From contig CAYLJX010000003.1 of assembly GCA_964384235.1 (NCBI GenBank), positions 8,389-72,388 of the forward strand: DNA of 64,000 nt, in the 5' to 3' direction. The notes below the pieces were generated by a model. That model searched no databases, had not been told where the DNA came from, and saw nothing but the letters and a program-made list of their open reading frames with translations. A program made the translations under genes and the position numbers. Of the stretch, positions 55,672-64,000 are shown piece by piece. The DNA comes from an uncultured Bdellovibrionales bacterium (GTDB lineage: Bacteria > Patescibacteriota > Minisyncoccia > Moranbacterales > UBA1568). The stretch's first letter is position 1; each line of letters opens with the position of its first letter.

Positions 55672-55772
55672 TCTAGCTTTCTAGCTTCGTTAGCTTTTAG
55701 CTTCGTTAGCTTCCTAATTTCATCAGCCGTTATTCCTAACAAGCTAGTGAAGCTAAGAAGCTAGTGAAGCTG
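55672..55772. repeat. Inverted TAGCTT/AAGCTA microrepeat pair inside spc operon
   Basis: tagctt units followed by aagcta units between rplF and rplR. Confidence 0.75.
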
Positions 55773-55776
55773 ATCT

Positions 55777-56313
55777 CTATGCGGCGGCCTTCTTGCCTTC
55801 CTTGAGACGGACGAGTTCTCCGACGTATCGGAACCCTTTCCCCTTGTACGGTTCGACCGGTTTCAACTTGCGTACCACCGCGGCGAACTGTCCTACCTGC
55901 TGGCGATCGATACCGGCAATGGTGAGAACGTTCCCTTCCACTTTCGTGTCCAATCCTTCCGGAACGATCACCTCCACCGGATGGGAGAAACCAAGCGCGA
56001 GCGTCAGTTTCTTCCCCGAAGCGGACATACGGTACCCGACGCCGTTGAGCTCCAGCTGCTTCTGGAAACCAGTCGTCACTCCCGTGAGCATGTTGGCGAT
56101 GAGCTTGGCGGTCGTTCCCCAGATGGCAGCCGCCTCCTTGGTCCGTCCCAGCTTCGTCACCGTGACGTTCCCTTCCTCGAGAGCGACCGACACTTCGCGG
56201 CGATGCGTCCACTCGAGGGTACCCTTGGGACCCTTGACGGTCACCACGTTGGCCCGGAGGGTCACTTCAGTGCCAGCGGGAAGAGCGATCGGTTTTTTTC
56301 CAATTCTTGACAT
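55777..56313 (-). CDS. rplF: 50S ribosomal protein L6
   Basis: MSRIGKKP, GVGYR, EPYKGKG. Confidence 0.97.
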   Translation of the reverse strand: MSRIGKKPIALPAGTEVTLRANVVTVKGPKGTLEWTHRREVSVALEEGNVTVTKLGRTKEAAAIWGTTAKLIANMLTGVTTGFQKQLELNGVGYRMSASGKKLTLALGFSHPVEVIVPEGLDTKVEGNVLTIAGIDRQQVGQFAAVVRKLKPVEPYKGKGFRYVGELVRLKEGKKAAA

Positions 56314-56323
56314 AAGAGATACG

Positions 56324-56731
56324 TTACCAGACTTTGCACAGATATTCGCCGCCCAGACCCTTGCGATAGGCTTCCCCGCCCGTCATCACGCCCTGGGACG
56401 TCGAGATGATGGCGATACCGTAGCCGTTCTTCACCTTCTTCACTTCGCTCTGCTTCACGTAGATCCGGCAGCCTTCCTTGGAAACCCGGGTGATCTCACG
56501 AATCGCCGGACTCTTCTTGGTCGGAGACACCTGGGTGTACTTGAGCCAAACGGTCAGCATGTCGTGTCCGCCTTCGGCCGATTCCTTCTCGACACGCGCC
56601 ACGAAACCCTCCTGCTCGAGGATCTTCGCGATGGTGTGTTTGAGCTTCGACGCGCGCACACTCATCTTGGCATGACCGGCGGCCTGCGCGTTGCGAATCC
56701 GAGTGAGCATGTCTGCGATTGGATCTAACAT
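56324..56731 (-). CDS. rpsH: 30S ribosomal protein S8
   Basis: DPIADMLTRIRNA, ISTSQGVMT, GGE. Confidence 0.97.
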   Translation of the reverse strand: MLDPIADMLTRIRNAQAAGHAKMSVRASKLKHTIAKILEQEGFVARVEKESAEGGHDMLTVWLKYTQVSPTKKSPAIREITRVSKEGCRIYVKQSEVKKVKNGYGIAIISTSQGVMTGGEAYRKGLGGEYLCKVW

Positions 56732-56761
56732 AATGTCTTGCTTAGCTTAGAGCGGTTTCAA

Positions 56762-56947
56762 TTACCAGGAGGCCTTCTTGACTCCGGGAATCTCGCCGGT
56801 ATTGGCGAGCTCGCGGAAACAGATACGGCAGATATCGAACCGACGCAGGTACCCACGCTTCCGACCACACTTCCAACACCGCTTGACGATGCGGGTTGAA
56901 AATTTCGGGGTTTTCTCTGCTCTTGCGGCAGTGGATGTCTTGGCCAT
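56762..56947 (-). CDS. rpsN: 30S ribosomal protein S14 (type Z)
   Basis: RCWKCGR...[21 protein letters not shown]. Confidence 0.97.
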   Translation of the reverse strand: MAKTSTAARAEKTPKFSTRIVKRCWKCGRKRGYLRRFDICRICFRELANTGEIPGVKKASW

Positions 56948-56961
56948 AGTTGGTTCAATGC

Positions 56962-57528
56962 TTATTTATTCGCTTGCGCTTCGTCGCTCTGAAGCGGGAG
57001 ACCGATGAGACGAAACAGGGTCTCGCCGGCTTTTTTGTCCTTGGCGGTCGTCACGATATTCACCTGGAAACCGAAGATGTGCTGGACCTTTTCCGGAACG
57101 ATCTCGGGAAATACCATATGTTCCTTGAGTCCCAGGTTACAGTTGCCATAGGGATCGATCGCGCTCTTGGGAATTCCCTGGAAATCACGGACACGCGGCA
57201 AAGCGACATTGAACAACCGGTCGAGGAACTGCCACATGCGGTTACCGGTGAGCGTCACACGGGCTCCGACCTCCAGTCCTTCACGGATCTTGAAGCCGGC
57301 GATAGCCTTGCGCGCCTTGGTCTGCACCACCTTCTGTCCGGTGATCGCCTCCAGGGAAGCGATCACTTCCTCCACGCGCTTGGTGTCCTTGAGGATCTTG
57401 CCGACCCCGACATTCACCACGACCTTGCGGACGCGCGGCACCGCCATCGGATTCTTGATACCGAGGGCTTCCTTGAGACCGGGCACAGCCTTCTCAAGGT
57501 ACTTGGTTTTGGTCAATGGAGTCTTCAT
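56962..57528 (-). CDS. rplE: 50S ribosomal protein L5
   Basis: [26 protein letters not shown]. Confidence 0.97.
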   Translation of the reverse strand: MKTPLTKTKYLEKAVPGLKEALGIKNPMAVPRVRKVVVNVGVGKILKDTKRVEEVIASLEAITGQKVVQTKARKAIAGFKIREGLEVGARVTLTGNRMWQFLDRLFNVALPRVRDFQGIPKSAIDPYGNCNLGLKEHMVFPEIVPEKVQHIFGFQVNIVTTAKDKKAGETLFRLIGLPLQSDEAQANK

Positions 57529-57541
57529 AAATACAGGTTCT

Positions 57542-57850
57542 TTAGGCGATCGTCTTACCGGAGCGCTTGCTGACACGAATCTTTTCGCCGCCTTCGATCC
57601 GATACCCGACGCGGGTCGGTCTTCCGGTATCCGGACAGACGAGCATCACGTTGGAGACATGGAGCGGAGCGGCCTTTTCGATGCGCTCCCCTTTCTGTCC
57701 CTCGCGGCGCGCCTTGATATGGCGCTTCATGAGGTTCAGTCCCTCGACGACCACCTTGGACGTCTGGGGATAGACACGCACCACCTTGCCTCGCTTTCCG
57801 CGGTCCTTGCCGGCAATGATCTCTACTTGGTCACCTTTCTTGATCTTCAT
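57542..57850 (-). CDS. rplX: 50S ribosomal protein L24
   Basis: IKKGDQV.IIAGKDRGKRG, HVSNV. Confidence 0.97.
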   Translation of the reverse strand: MKIKKGDQVEIIAGKDRGKRGKVVRVYPQTSKVVVEGLNLMKRHIKARREGQKGERIEKAAPLHVSNVMLVCPDTGRPTRVGYRIEGGEKIRVSKRSGKTIA

Positions 57851-57862
57851 AACTGTCTTTGA

Positions 57863-58228
57863 TTACAAAACTTCCGGAGCAAGGGAAACGATCTTGGCAA
57901 ATCCTTTCTCGCGCAACTCTCTCGCGACCGGTCCGAAGATACGGGTTCCTTTCGGTTCCGTACCGTCCAGGATGACGGCGGCATTCTCGTCGAATCGGAT
58001 ATAGGAGTTGTCCTTGCGGCGGTATTCCTTGCTTTGGCGGACGATCACGGCTTTCACCTTGTCACCCTTCTTCACCATGCCGCGCGGTTCGGCTACCTTC
58101 ACCGAGGCGACGATGATGTCACCCAGGGAGGCATAGCGCCGTCTGGTTCCGCCGAGCACCTTGAAACATTCGATGACTTTGGCACCGGTGTTGTCGGCTA
58201 CTTTCAATCTGGTTTCCGCTTGGATCAT
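57863..58228 (-). CDS. rplN: 50S ribosomal protein L14
   Basis: [22 protein letters not shown]. Confidence 0.98.
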   Translation of the reverse strand: MIQAETRLKVADNTGAKVIECFKVLGGTRRRYASLGDIIVASVKVAEPRGMVKKGDKVKAVIVRQSKEYRRKDNSYIRFDENAAVILDGTEPKGTRIFGPVARELREKGFAKIVSLAPEVL

Positions 58229-58249
58229 ATGGTTACGATTCTCTGTTCC

Positions 58250-58513
58250 TTATTCGGAGACTACCTGATGACGCTTGTCACGGCTGATGGGCCGGCACTC
58301 CTGAAACGTCACGACATCGCCGACCTTGTGTCTGTTCTCGGCATCATGCACCTTGTAACGCTTGGTCGATCGGTACTGCTTGAGATACTTCGGATGGGTC
58401 TTGAGCGTCTCGACGGCCACGACGATCGTCTTGTCCATCTTGTCGCTCACTACCACGCCCTTGAATTTGGGAGCCTTGTTCTGCTTTTCAGTTGTGACCG
58501 GGGTCGTTTTCAT
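58250..58513 (-). CDS. rpsQ: 30S ribosomal protein S17
   Basis: GVVVSDKMDKTIVV, HPKY, ECRPIS. Confidence 0.97.
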   Translation of the reverse strand: MKTTPVTTEKQNKAPKFKGVVVSDKMDKTIVVAVETLKTHPKYLKQYRSTKRYKVHDAENRHKVGDVVTFQECRPISRDKRHQVVSE

Positions 58514-58542
58514 AAAAATGTATGAGACTGGCTTGGGAAAAT

Positions 58543-58740
58543 TTAGTCGATCGAGAGTTCCGCTTCGCGCTTGAGCGTGAGGAGCCTCGCGATATCCTTC
58601 TTGAGCTTGCGGTATTCCCGGTGGTTCTTCGCCTCGCGCGTCGCGATGTCGAAGCGGAGCTTCCGGGATTTGTCCTGGAGCTCGAGGAGAAGCTTCTCCT
58701 GTTCACCGCTGTTCTTTTCTCGCAATTCTTTGACTTTCAT
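58543..58740 (-). CDS. rpmC: 50S ribosomal protein L29
   Basis: MKVKELR...LRF...KKDIARLLT; operon position. Confidence 0.93.
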   Translation of the reverse strand: MKVKELREKNSGEQEKLLLELQDKSRKLRFDIATREAKNHREYRKLKKDIARLLTLKREAELSID

Positions 58741-58791
58741 AACGCTCTCGACTTGATACACTTTACAGACTTGATTGACTTTGTGACTCTC

Positions 58792-59202
58792 TTATTGTTT
58801 TTCGACGAATTTCGTCTTGATCGCCAACTTGTGTCCGGCGAGTCGCATGGCTTCCGCCGCCGCTTCCCTGGCGATACCGTCGAGTTCGAAGAGGACTCTT
58901 CCGGCCCGGATCTTGGCGACGAAGTGGTCGACACTTCCCTTGCCCTTGCCCATCGGAGTCTGTTCGCCTTTCTTGGTCATCGGCTTGTCGGGAAAGACGC
59001 GGATCCACACCTTGCCGCCACGCTGGATGGATCGAGTCATGGCCCGGCGGGCCGCTTCGATCTGGCGGGCGGAGACGAGACCCTCCTCGGTCGCCTTGAG
59101 ACCGAAACTGCCGAAGCTCACCTTGTCACCGCGAGTGGCCGGGCTACCCGACCAGCCGCCGCGCTGGATCTTCCTGTGTTTGACTTTTCGTGGCATCAAC
59201 AT
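58792..59202 (-). CDS. rplP: 50S ribosomal protein L16
   Basis: [23 protein letters not shown]. Confidence 0.98.
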   Translation of the reverse strand: MLMPRKVKHRKIQRGGWSGSPATRGDKVSFGSFGLKATEEGLVSARQIEAARRAMTRSIQRGGKVWIRVFPDKPMTKKGEQTPMGKGKGSVDHFVAKIRAGRVLFELDGIAREAAAEAMRLAGHKLAIKTKFVEKQ

Positions 59203-59211
59203 AGACGTGGG

Positions 59212-59865
59212 CTACGCTACTGTTTCAAATTTCTCACCCTTGTAAATCCAGACTTTCACCCCGATCACACCATAGGTCGTACGGGCTTCGGTCCGGGCGA
59301 AGTCGATATCCGCGCGCAGGGTATGGAGAGGAATCTTGCCGCGGGACAACCATTCCCGACGCGACATCTCGGCACCGCCGAGACGGCCGGAAATCTCGAT
59401 CTTCACACCCTGGATGCCCTTGTTGGCCTCCACCTGGTCGAGCATACCCTTGAGGACACGACGGAACGGGACACGCTTCTCCAGCTGCTCGGCCACCTGC
59501 TGCCCCACGAGCATGGCGCTCGCTTCGGCGTTCTTGATCTCCTGGATTTCCACCTTGAGTTCCACCTTCTTGCCGGCGAAGAACTTCTTCCTGACGGCAC
59601 GGGTGAGATCCTCGATACCGGTGCCGCCGCGGCCGATGAGCACGCCGGGACGAGAGGTATGGATGATGAGACGGACCGCGTTGGCGGAGCGCTCGATATG
59701 GACCGAGGCGATGGCTGCCGCCTTCCACTTGGTCGTGATCATCTCGCGGATCTCCACGTCCTTGCGGAGCTGCTCCTTGTACGTCTTCTTCGCACCGAAC
59801 CAGCGCGACTGCCAGTCGGTCGTGATCCCGAGACGGATTCCAGTTGGATTGACTTTATGACCCAT
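59212..59865 (-). CDS. rpsC: 30S ribosomal protein S3
   Basis: MGHKVNP.GIRLG, GRLGGAE, PLHTLRADID. Confidence 0.98.
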   Translation of the reverse strand: MGHKVNPTGIRLGITTDWQSRWFGAKKTYKEQLRKDVEIREMITTKWKAAAIASVHIERSANAVRLIIHTSRPGVLIGRGGTGIEDLTRAVRKKFFAGKKVELKVEIQEIKNAEASAMLVGQQVAEQLEKRVPFRRVLKGMLDQVEANKGIQGVKIEISGRLGGAEMSRREWLSRGKIPLHTLRADIDFARTEARTTYGVIGVKVWIYKGEKFETVA

Positions 59866-59879
59866 AACTTCTGTAAAGT

Positions 59880-60401
59880 TTATGCGGCTTTCCGCTGAAA
59901 TACCTTTTTGACGAATTTCCCGCCGGTCTTCCCGCTGACTCGGCTCCCTGTTCCTTCAGTCTTGATCGGTCTGGCTTCGGACTTCTCTTCCTTGACTTCC
60001 TCGACTTCGGATTCTTTCACGGTGACGATCGCTTCCTGTTTCTTTTTCTCGGTGCGGTTCTTGCCTTCCACCTTCTCCTCGAGGATGAGCGTCACATTGG
60101 AACCACGGCGCAAGAGCGGCGTCGCGCGGCCGAAGGCGCGCGGCAGCCAGCGCTGGAGGCGAAGACCGTCACCGACCCGTACAGCAAAGACGTAGAGATT
60201 GTCCTTGTCCAGACCGAAGTTATTCGTCGCATTGGCCACGGCGCTCTTGAGGAGGTCATGGATCGGCTGCGAGGATTTCTTGGTCTGCTTGGAAAGCTGG
60301 ATGAGCGCCTCGGAGGCGTCCACGCCCACGATCGAATGCGTCACGAGACGGACTTTCCGGGGAGCGACTCTCAAGTTGTTCAGGGTGGCGTGTACCTTCA
60401 T
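59880..60401 (-). CDS. rplV: 50S ribosomal protein L22 with C-terminal extension
   Basis: APRKVRLV, SAVANA, PRAFGRA. Confidence 0.96.
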   Translation of the reverse strand: MKVHATLNNLRVAPRKVRLVTHSIVGVDASEALIQLSKQTKKSSQPIHDLLKSAVANATNNFGLDKDNLYVFAVRVGDGLRLQRWLPRAFGRATPLLRRGSNVTLILEEKVEGKNRTEKKKQEAIVTVKESEVEEVKEEKSEARPIKTEGTGSRVSGKTGGKFVKKVFQRKAA

Positions 60402-60420
60402 AAATCTCTAGACTCTAGAA

Positions 60421-60762
60421 CTATTTCTTGGCGGTTGTCGCGGCCTTGGCTGCCTTGGCGGCATCCAGTTCGCGCTGTTTGGCGGCCTGTTCGATCTCTT
60501 TCTGCATCTTGCCACCATGACGCTGGAACTTGCGCGTCGGGGAAAACTCCCCGAGCTTGTGCCCTACCATCTCTTCCGTCACGAAGACCGAGACGAAGTC
60601 CTTGCCGTTGTGCACGCCAAAGGTAAAGCCTACCATCTCCGGAGAGATCGTGCAAGCGCGCGACCACGTCTTGATGACGGTGCGGTCGCCGAGCTTCTTC
60701 CCTTCGAGCTTCTTGAGGACTCTCGGGTCGACGTATGGACCTTTTTTCAGACTTCGTGACAT
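60421..60762 (-). CDS. rpsS: 30S ribosomal protein S19
   Basis: RSLKKGP, TWSR, VHNGK, GHKLGEF. Confidence 0.98.
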   Translation of the reverse strand: MSRSLKKGPYVDPRVLKKLEGKKLGDRTVIKTWSRACTISPEMVGFTFGVHNGKDFVSVFVTEEMVGHKLGEFSPTRKFQRHGGKMQKEIEQAAKQRELDAAKAAKAATTAKK

Positions 60763-60792
60763 AAGTTATGTGGATTCAAACGAAATTGATGG

Positions 60793-61620
60793 CTATTTCT
60801 TGGTGCGGCGCTTGACGATGTACTTGTTGCTGTGTTTCTTGCGCTTGCGGGTCTTCTTGCCGAGCGCCGGCTTGCCCCACGGGGTCTTCGGATGCATACC
60901 GAGCGGCTGACGGCCTTCACCACCACCGTGCGGGTGATCCACCGGGTTCATCGCGGTACCACGGACCACCGGACGACGGTTCATGTGACGGGCGCGACCG
61001 GCCTTGCCGATGCGTTCCGCGCTGTGTTCGAAGTTGCTCACCTGACCAAGCGTCGCGTAACAGTCCTTGCTCACGAGACGGATCTCGCCGGAAGCGAGTT
61101 TCACCTGAGCCATCGGACCGTCGAGTGCCATCAGAGTCGCCTGTGAACCGGCACTCCGGACGATCTGTCCGCCCTTGCCGATCTTCATCTCGATGTTGCA
61201 GATGGTCGTACCGACGGGAATGTTTTTGAGGAGCAGACGGTTGCCATTGACGATGGGGGCCGTTTCTCCGGAGATAATCTCCTGACCGACCTTCATGCCG
61301 GCCGTCGCGAGGACATAGCGCTTCTCGCCGTCCTTATAGTGCACGAGCGCGATGAGTGACGAACGATTCGGATCCTTCTCGAGCGCGGCGATCCGACCCG
61401 GGACGTTCCATTTGTCCTGGCGGAAGTCCACCACGCGATAGCGACGCTTGTGCCCGCCACCCTGGTGACGCACCGAAATCTTGCCGCCCGAGCGACCAGC
61501 CCGTTTCTTGTGGGCGGCGAGGAGAGACTTCTCTGGCTTCTTGTCGGTCAGTCCTTCCGGCTTCACCACCGACATGTTGCGGCGCCCGGCGTTGTTTCGT
61601 TTGTAGATCTTGATGGCCAT
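60793..61620 (-). CDS. rplB: 50S ribosomal protein L2
   Basis: GGGHKR.YR, DPNRS, MNPVDHPHGGGEG. Confidence 0.98.
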   Translation of the reverse strand: MAIKIYKRNNAGRRNMSVVKPEGLTDKKPEKSLLAAHKKRAGRSGGKISVRHQGGGHKRRYRVVDFRQDKWNVPGRIAALEKDPNRSSLIALVHYKDGEKRYVLATAGMKVGQEIISGETAPIVNGNRLLLKNIPVGTTICNIEMKIGKGGQIVRSAGSQATLMALDGPMAQVKLASGEIRLVSKDCYATLGQVSNFEHSAERIGKAGRARHMNRRPVVRGTAMNPVDHPHGGGEGRQPLGMHPKTPWGKPALGKKTRKRKKHSNKYIVKRRTKK

Positions 61621-61625
61621 ATCCC

Positions 61626-62033
61626 TTAGATTCCAGCTTTGAACAATTCAATAGACTGTCCCGATTCCACGGAAACGATTGCTTTCTTGACGGCACCCTT
61701 CTGCCCCATCGTCTTGCCGAAACGCTTCGTGCGACTCGGCAGACGGACCATACGTACCGCTTTCACCGCGACACCATAGGCCTCCTCCACCGCGCGCTTC
61801 ACAGACTGCTTGGTCGCATCCTTGGAAACGACAAAGACATACTGATTGAGCGTATTCAGGGCGTACGCCTTCTCGGTGATGCGCGGACGGGTGAGAAGCC
61901 TGGCAGCGAGCGCGCTCTCCTTCGCAGACAGCTCTTTCTTACTGGTCTTCACGGCTTTCTTTGCAGCCCGAGGCTCATCCTTCGTTTCAGGAGCCTTCTT
62001 CTCTTCAGTTGTCTCTTTTCCAAAGAGTGCCAT
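61626..62033 (-). CDS. rplW: 50S ribosomal protein L23 with N-terminal extension
   Basis: PRITEKA, YVFVV...ATK, KKAIV. Confidence 0.94.
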   Translation of the reverse strand: MALFGKETTEEKKAPETKDEPRAAKKAVKTSKKELSAKESALAARLLTRPRITEKAYALNTLNQYVFVVSKDATKQSVKRAVEEAYGVAVKAVRMVRLPSRTKRFGKTMGQKGAVKKAIVSVESGQSIELFKAGI

Positions 62034-62041
62034 AGGTATGT

Positions 62042-62692
62042 TTATGCTTGCTTGTTCCACGTCTTGAACCGCTCTTCCAATTTCTTGATACCCGCTTCCG
62101 TCATGAGGACGTATTCGCGGTCCAGGAGTTCCTTGACGTTGAGATTCTCAGTGAGCGTCTGCTCCACTTTCGGGACATTGCGGGCGACCCGCTCGAAAGC
62201 CTTCTCCTCTCCCGTGAGACAGAGCGTGAGACCCTTGCCGGAAATATCGAGATGCTTCAGGGACTCGGCGAACAGCTTGGTCTTCTTCTCAGGAAAAGTG
62301 AAGGTATCCAAAATCACCAGCTTGCCGCCGCGGACCTTCTCGGAAAGCGCGATAAGCGTCGCCTTCTGGCGCATCTTGGCAGTCGTATTCTTGGAAAAAT
62401 TGCGATCCTTGGTCGGACCGAAGGTGATACCACCCTTGCGCCAGATCGGACTGCGGACGGAGCCGACACGGGCCCGACCGGTTCCCTTCTGACGCCACGG
62501 CTTGATACCGGAACCGGCGCGGTCGCCCCTATCCTTGGTATGAGCGATCACCTGACGCAGATTAGCCGTCATGGCCACATAGATCTGATGGAGAAGCGTG
62601 TCGTTTCCGGGCAGACCGAAGAGCGCCTCGCTCAGTTCGAGGTCCTTCACATCCTTGCCGGCAAGATTTTTGACGGTGACTTTCATAGGCAT
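62042..62692 (-). CDS. rplD: 50S ribosomal protein L4
   Basis: KPWRQKGTGRARVGS.RSP.W.KGG..FGP. Confidence 0.97.
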   Translation of the reverse strand: MPMKVTVKNLAGKDVKDLELSEALFGLPGNDTLLHQIYVAMTANLRQVIAHTKDRGDRAGSGIKPWRQKGTGRARVGSVRSPIWRKGGITFGPTKDRNFSKNTTAKMRQKATLIALSEKVRGGKLVILDTFTFPEKKTKLFAESLKHLDISGKGLTLCLTGEEKAFERVARNVPKVEQTLTENLNVKELLDREYVLMTEAGIKKLEERFKTWNKQA

Positions 62693-63300
62693 TATTTGAC
62701 GCTCATGATCTTGACGAGGCGACCGTTCACTCCCGGAACCGCACCGCGCACCCCGATCATCCCTTCTTCCTCATTGACATAGACGACGGAAAGGTTTTTG
62801 ACCGTGAAATTCTCCCCGCCCATGCGACCAGCCATACGGCGACCCTTGATGACGTGCTCCGGAAAAGTCGCACCGATGGAGCCCGGCTTACGCAGGTCGT
62901 GCTTGCGGCCGTGGCTCGCGGGAGATCCCCGGAAACCATGACGCTTGACCACACCCTGGAAGCCTTTGGCTTTGGTCACGCCGGTCACGCTCACCTTGTC
63001 TCCGACCTGGAAGGCCGTGACCGAGAGTTCAGTTCCCGTAGCGAACGCTTCCAACTCCTTGGCCAGAGCGGTTCGGTCCGCGCTCGGAGCCAGGTTCTTA
63101 TCCAGACGGAATTCCTTGCGGACGGACTTGCGAGTGGTCTTGGGGGCCTCGACCTGTACGGCGAGGTAACCGTCCTTCTCGAGAGTCCGGTTGACCGTCA
63201 CGGTGTTCTTCTCACAGACGATCATGGTCACGTTCAAGGCACCCTTCGTCTCGTCGAAGAGCGTCGTCATGCCGAGTTTTTTACCGATGAGGAATTTCAT
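62692..63300 (-). CDS. rplC: 50S ribosomal protein L3
   Basis: GKKLGMT, KGFQGVVKRHG, MAGRMG, GAVPG; start MKFLIG. Confidence 0.97.
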   Translation of the reverse strand: MKFLIGKKLGMTTLFDETKGALNVTMIVCEKNTVTVNRTLEKDGYLAVQVEAPKTTRKSVRKEFRLDKNLAPSADRTALAKELEAFATGTELSVTAFQVGDKVSVTGVTKAKGFQGVVKRHGFRGSPASHGRKHDLRKPGSIGATFPEHVIKGRRMAGRMGGENFTVKNLSVVYVNEEEGMIGVRGAVPGVNGRLVKIMSVK

Positions 63301-63435
63301 ACTCCGTACCTTCTGTAACAAACAAAAAAACCGGACTCGAAGCGCGCCAGTTTCTTTCGTGAAACTTTTGTCGCTCAGTATCCTCTCTCTCACCAACAAC
63401 AACCAGGAGAGAAGGACTTTAACGAAAACCTGCTT

Positions 63436-63759
63436 TTACATCTTTATTTCCACATCTACGCCAGCTGGGAGATCCATATTCGTGAGGTTGTCGATGGTTT
63501 TCCCAGTCGGGTTCACGATGTCGATGAGCCGCTTGTGCACTCGCATCTCGTACTGGTCACGGGAGTTCTTGTGCACGAAGGTCGAGCGGTTGACCGTCAC
63601 CTTGTGGATCTCCGTCGGAAGCGGTACCGGACCCATGATCTCCGCACCGGTGCGCTCGGCCGTCTCCACGATCTTTCTCGCGGACTGGTCGATCACCTTG
63701 TGGTCGTAGGCCTTGATTTTGATGCGGACGCGAAGCGCCGGCGTGTCTGTCTTTTTCAT
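63436..63759 (-). CDS. rpsJ: 30S ribosomal protein S10
   Basis: [23 protein letters not shown]. Confidence 0.98.
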   Translation of the reverse strand: MKKTDTPALRVRIKIKAYDHKVIDQSARKIVETAERTGAEIMGPVPLPTEIHKVTVNRSTFVHKNSRDQYEMRVHKRLIDIVNPTGKTIDNLTNMDLPAGVDVEIKM

Positions 63760-63877
63760 TGCTCAATACTACGGGAAAATTTCTTCTTTGTCCAGCCTGC
63801 CCGTCGAAGAGACGGGTTCAAGAGAACTATTCGTCCCGGGACCCCCTTCCCGGGACTGAAGTTCGCTCGAAGGAGAT

Positions 63878-64000
63878 CTACTTCAGGATCTTCGTCGCGA
63901 CACCGGCACCGACCGTGCGGCCACCTTCGCGGATCGCGAAACGCATACCTTCTTCCATGGCGACCGGGGCCAAGAGCTTGATCTTGAGCGTCACCGTGTC
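63878..64000 (-). CDS. tuf: Elongation factor Tu (3' end)
   Basis: Manual translation ...[29 protein letters not shown]. Confidence 0.97.
   Translation of the reverse strand, partial: DTVTLKIKLLAPVAMEEGMRFAIREGGRTVGAGVATKILK

Noticed and set aside
55668-55742. N-terminal extensions in the ORF track for rplR (also holB, polyprenyl synthase, rplC, map, tpiA, rpmC)
   Set aside because: They arise from read-through of microrepeats, elements or overlaps; downstream ATGs match the family starts.
63878-64000. Possible tuf pseudogene (absent from ORF track)
   Set aside because: It translates cleanly as the EF-Tu C-terminus and is merely cut by the window edge.

Overview
This is a bacterial chromosomal window read in genetic code 11, with most genes on the minus strand. 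It most likely comes from a Patescibacteria/CPR organism (Parcubacteria-like). That placement is inferred from the missing rpmD in an otherwise complete spc operon, extended r-proteins and CPR-typical hypothetical genes. The right end holds the 3' end of tuf and the S10-spc operon through secY-adk-map. The left end holds infA-rpmJ-rpsM. The ~51 kb between them contains glycolysis genes (gap, fba, tpiA, galT), cell-wall genes (murA, murD, mreB, ftsQ-like, MraY/WecA-like, several glycosyltransferases) and translation genes (rpsB, tsf, rpmE, prfA, prmC, rpmG, five tRNAs). It also contains pyrE/pyrF, isoprenoid synthases, a CsoR-family operon and a VirD4-like ATPase cluster with large orphan proteins. 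The most unusual signals are non-coding. (1) A ~120-bp element sits downstream of tRNA-Glu and tRNA-Tyr; its core is shared, but both flanks are copies (one inverted, one direct) of the 3' end of whichever tRNA it follows, and a free-standing LAGLIDADG-like gene lies next to the cluster. (2) A five-copy ~120-bp palindromic family shows compensatory stem changes, and one copy carries a second nested repeat family. (3) There are many 7-8-nt tandem microrepeats and REP-like hairpins, some translated inside prmC and glycosyltransferases. An unlisted 39-aa histone-H1-like gene and a probable D-aminoacylase pseudoenzyme were also found. No rRNA, CRISPR array or transposase was seen. All alignments and folds were done by eye.
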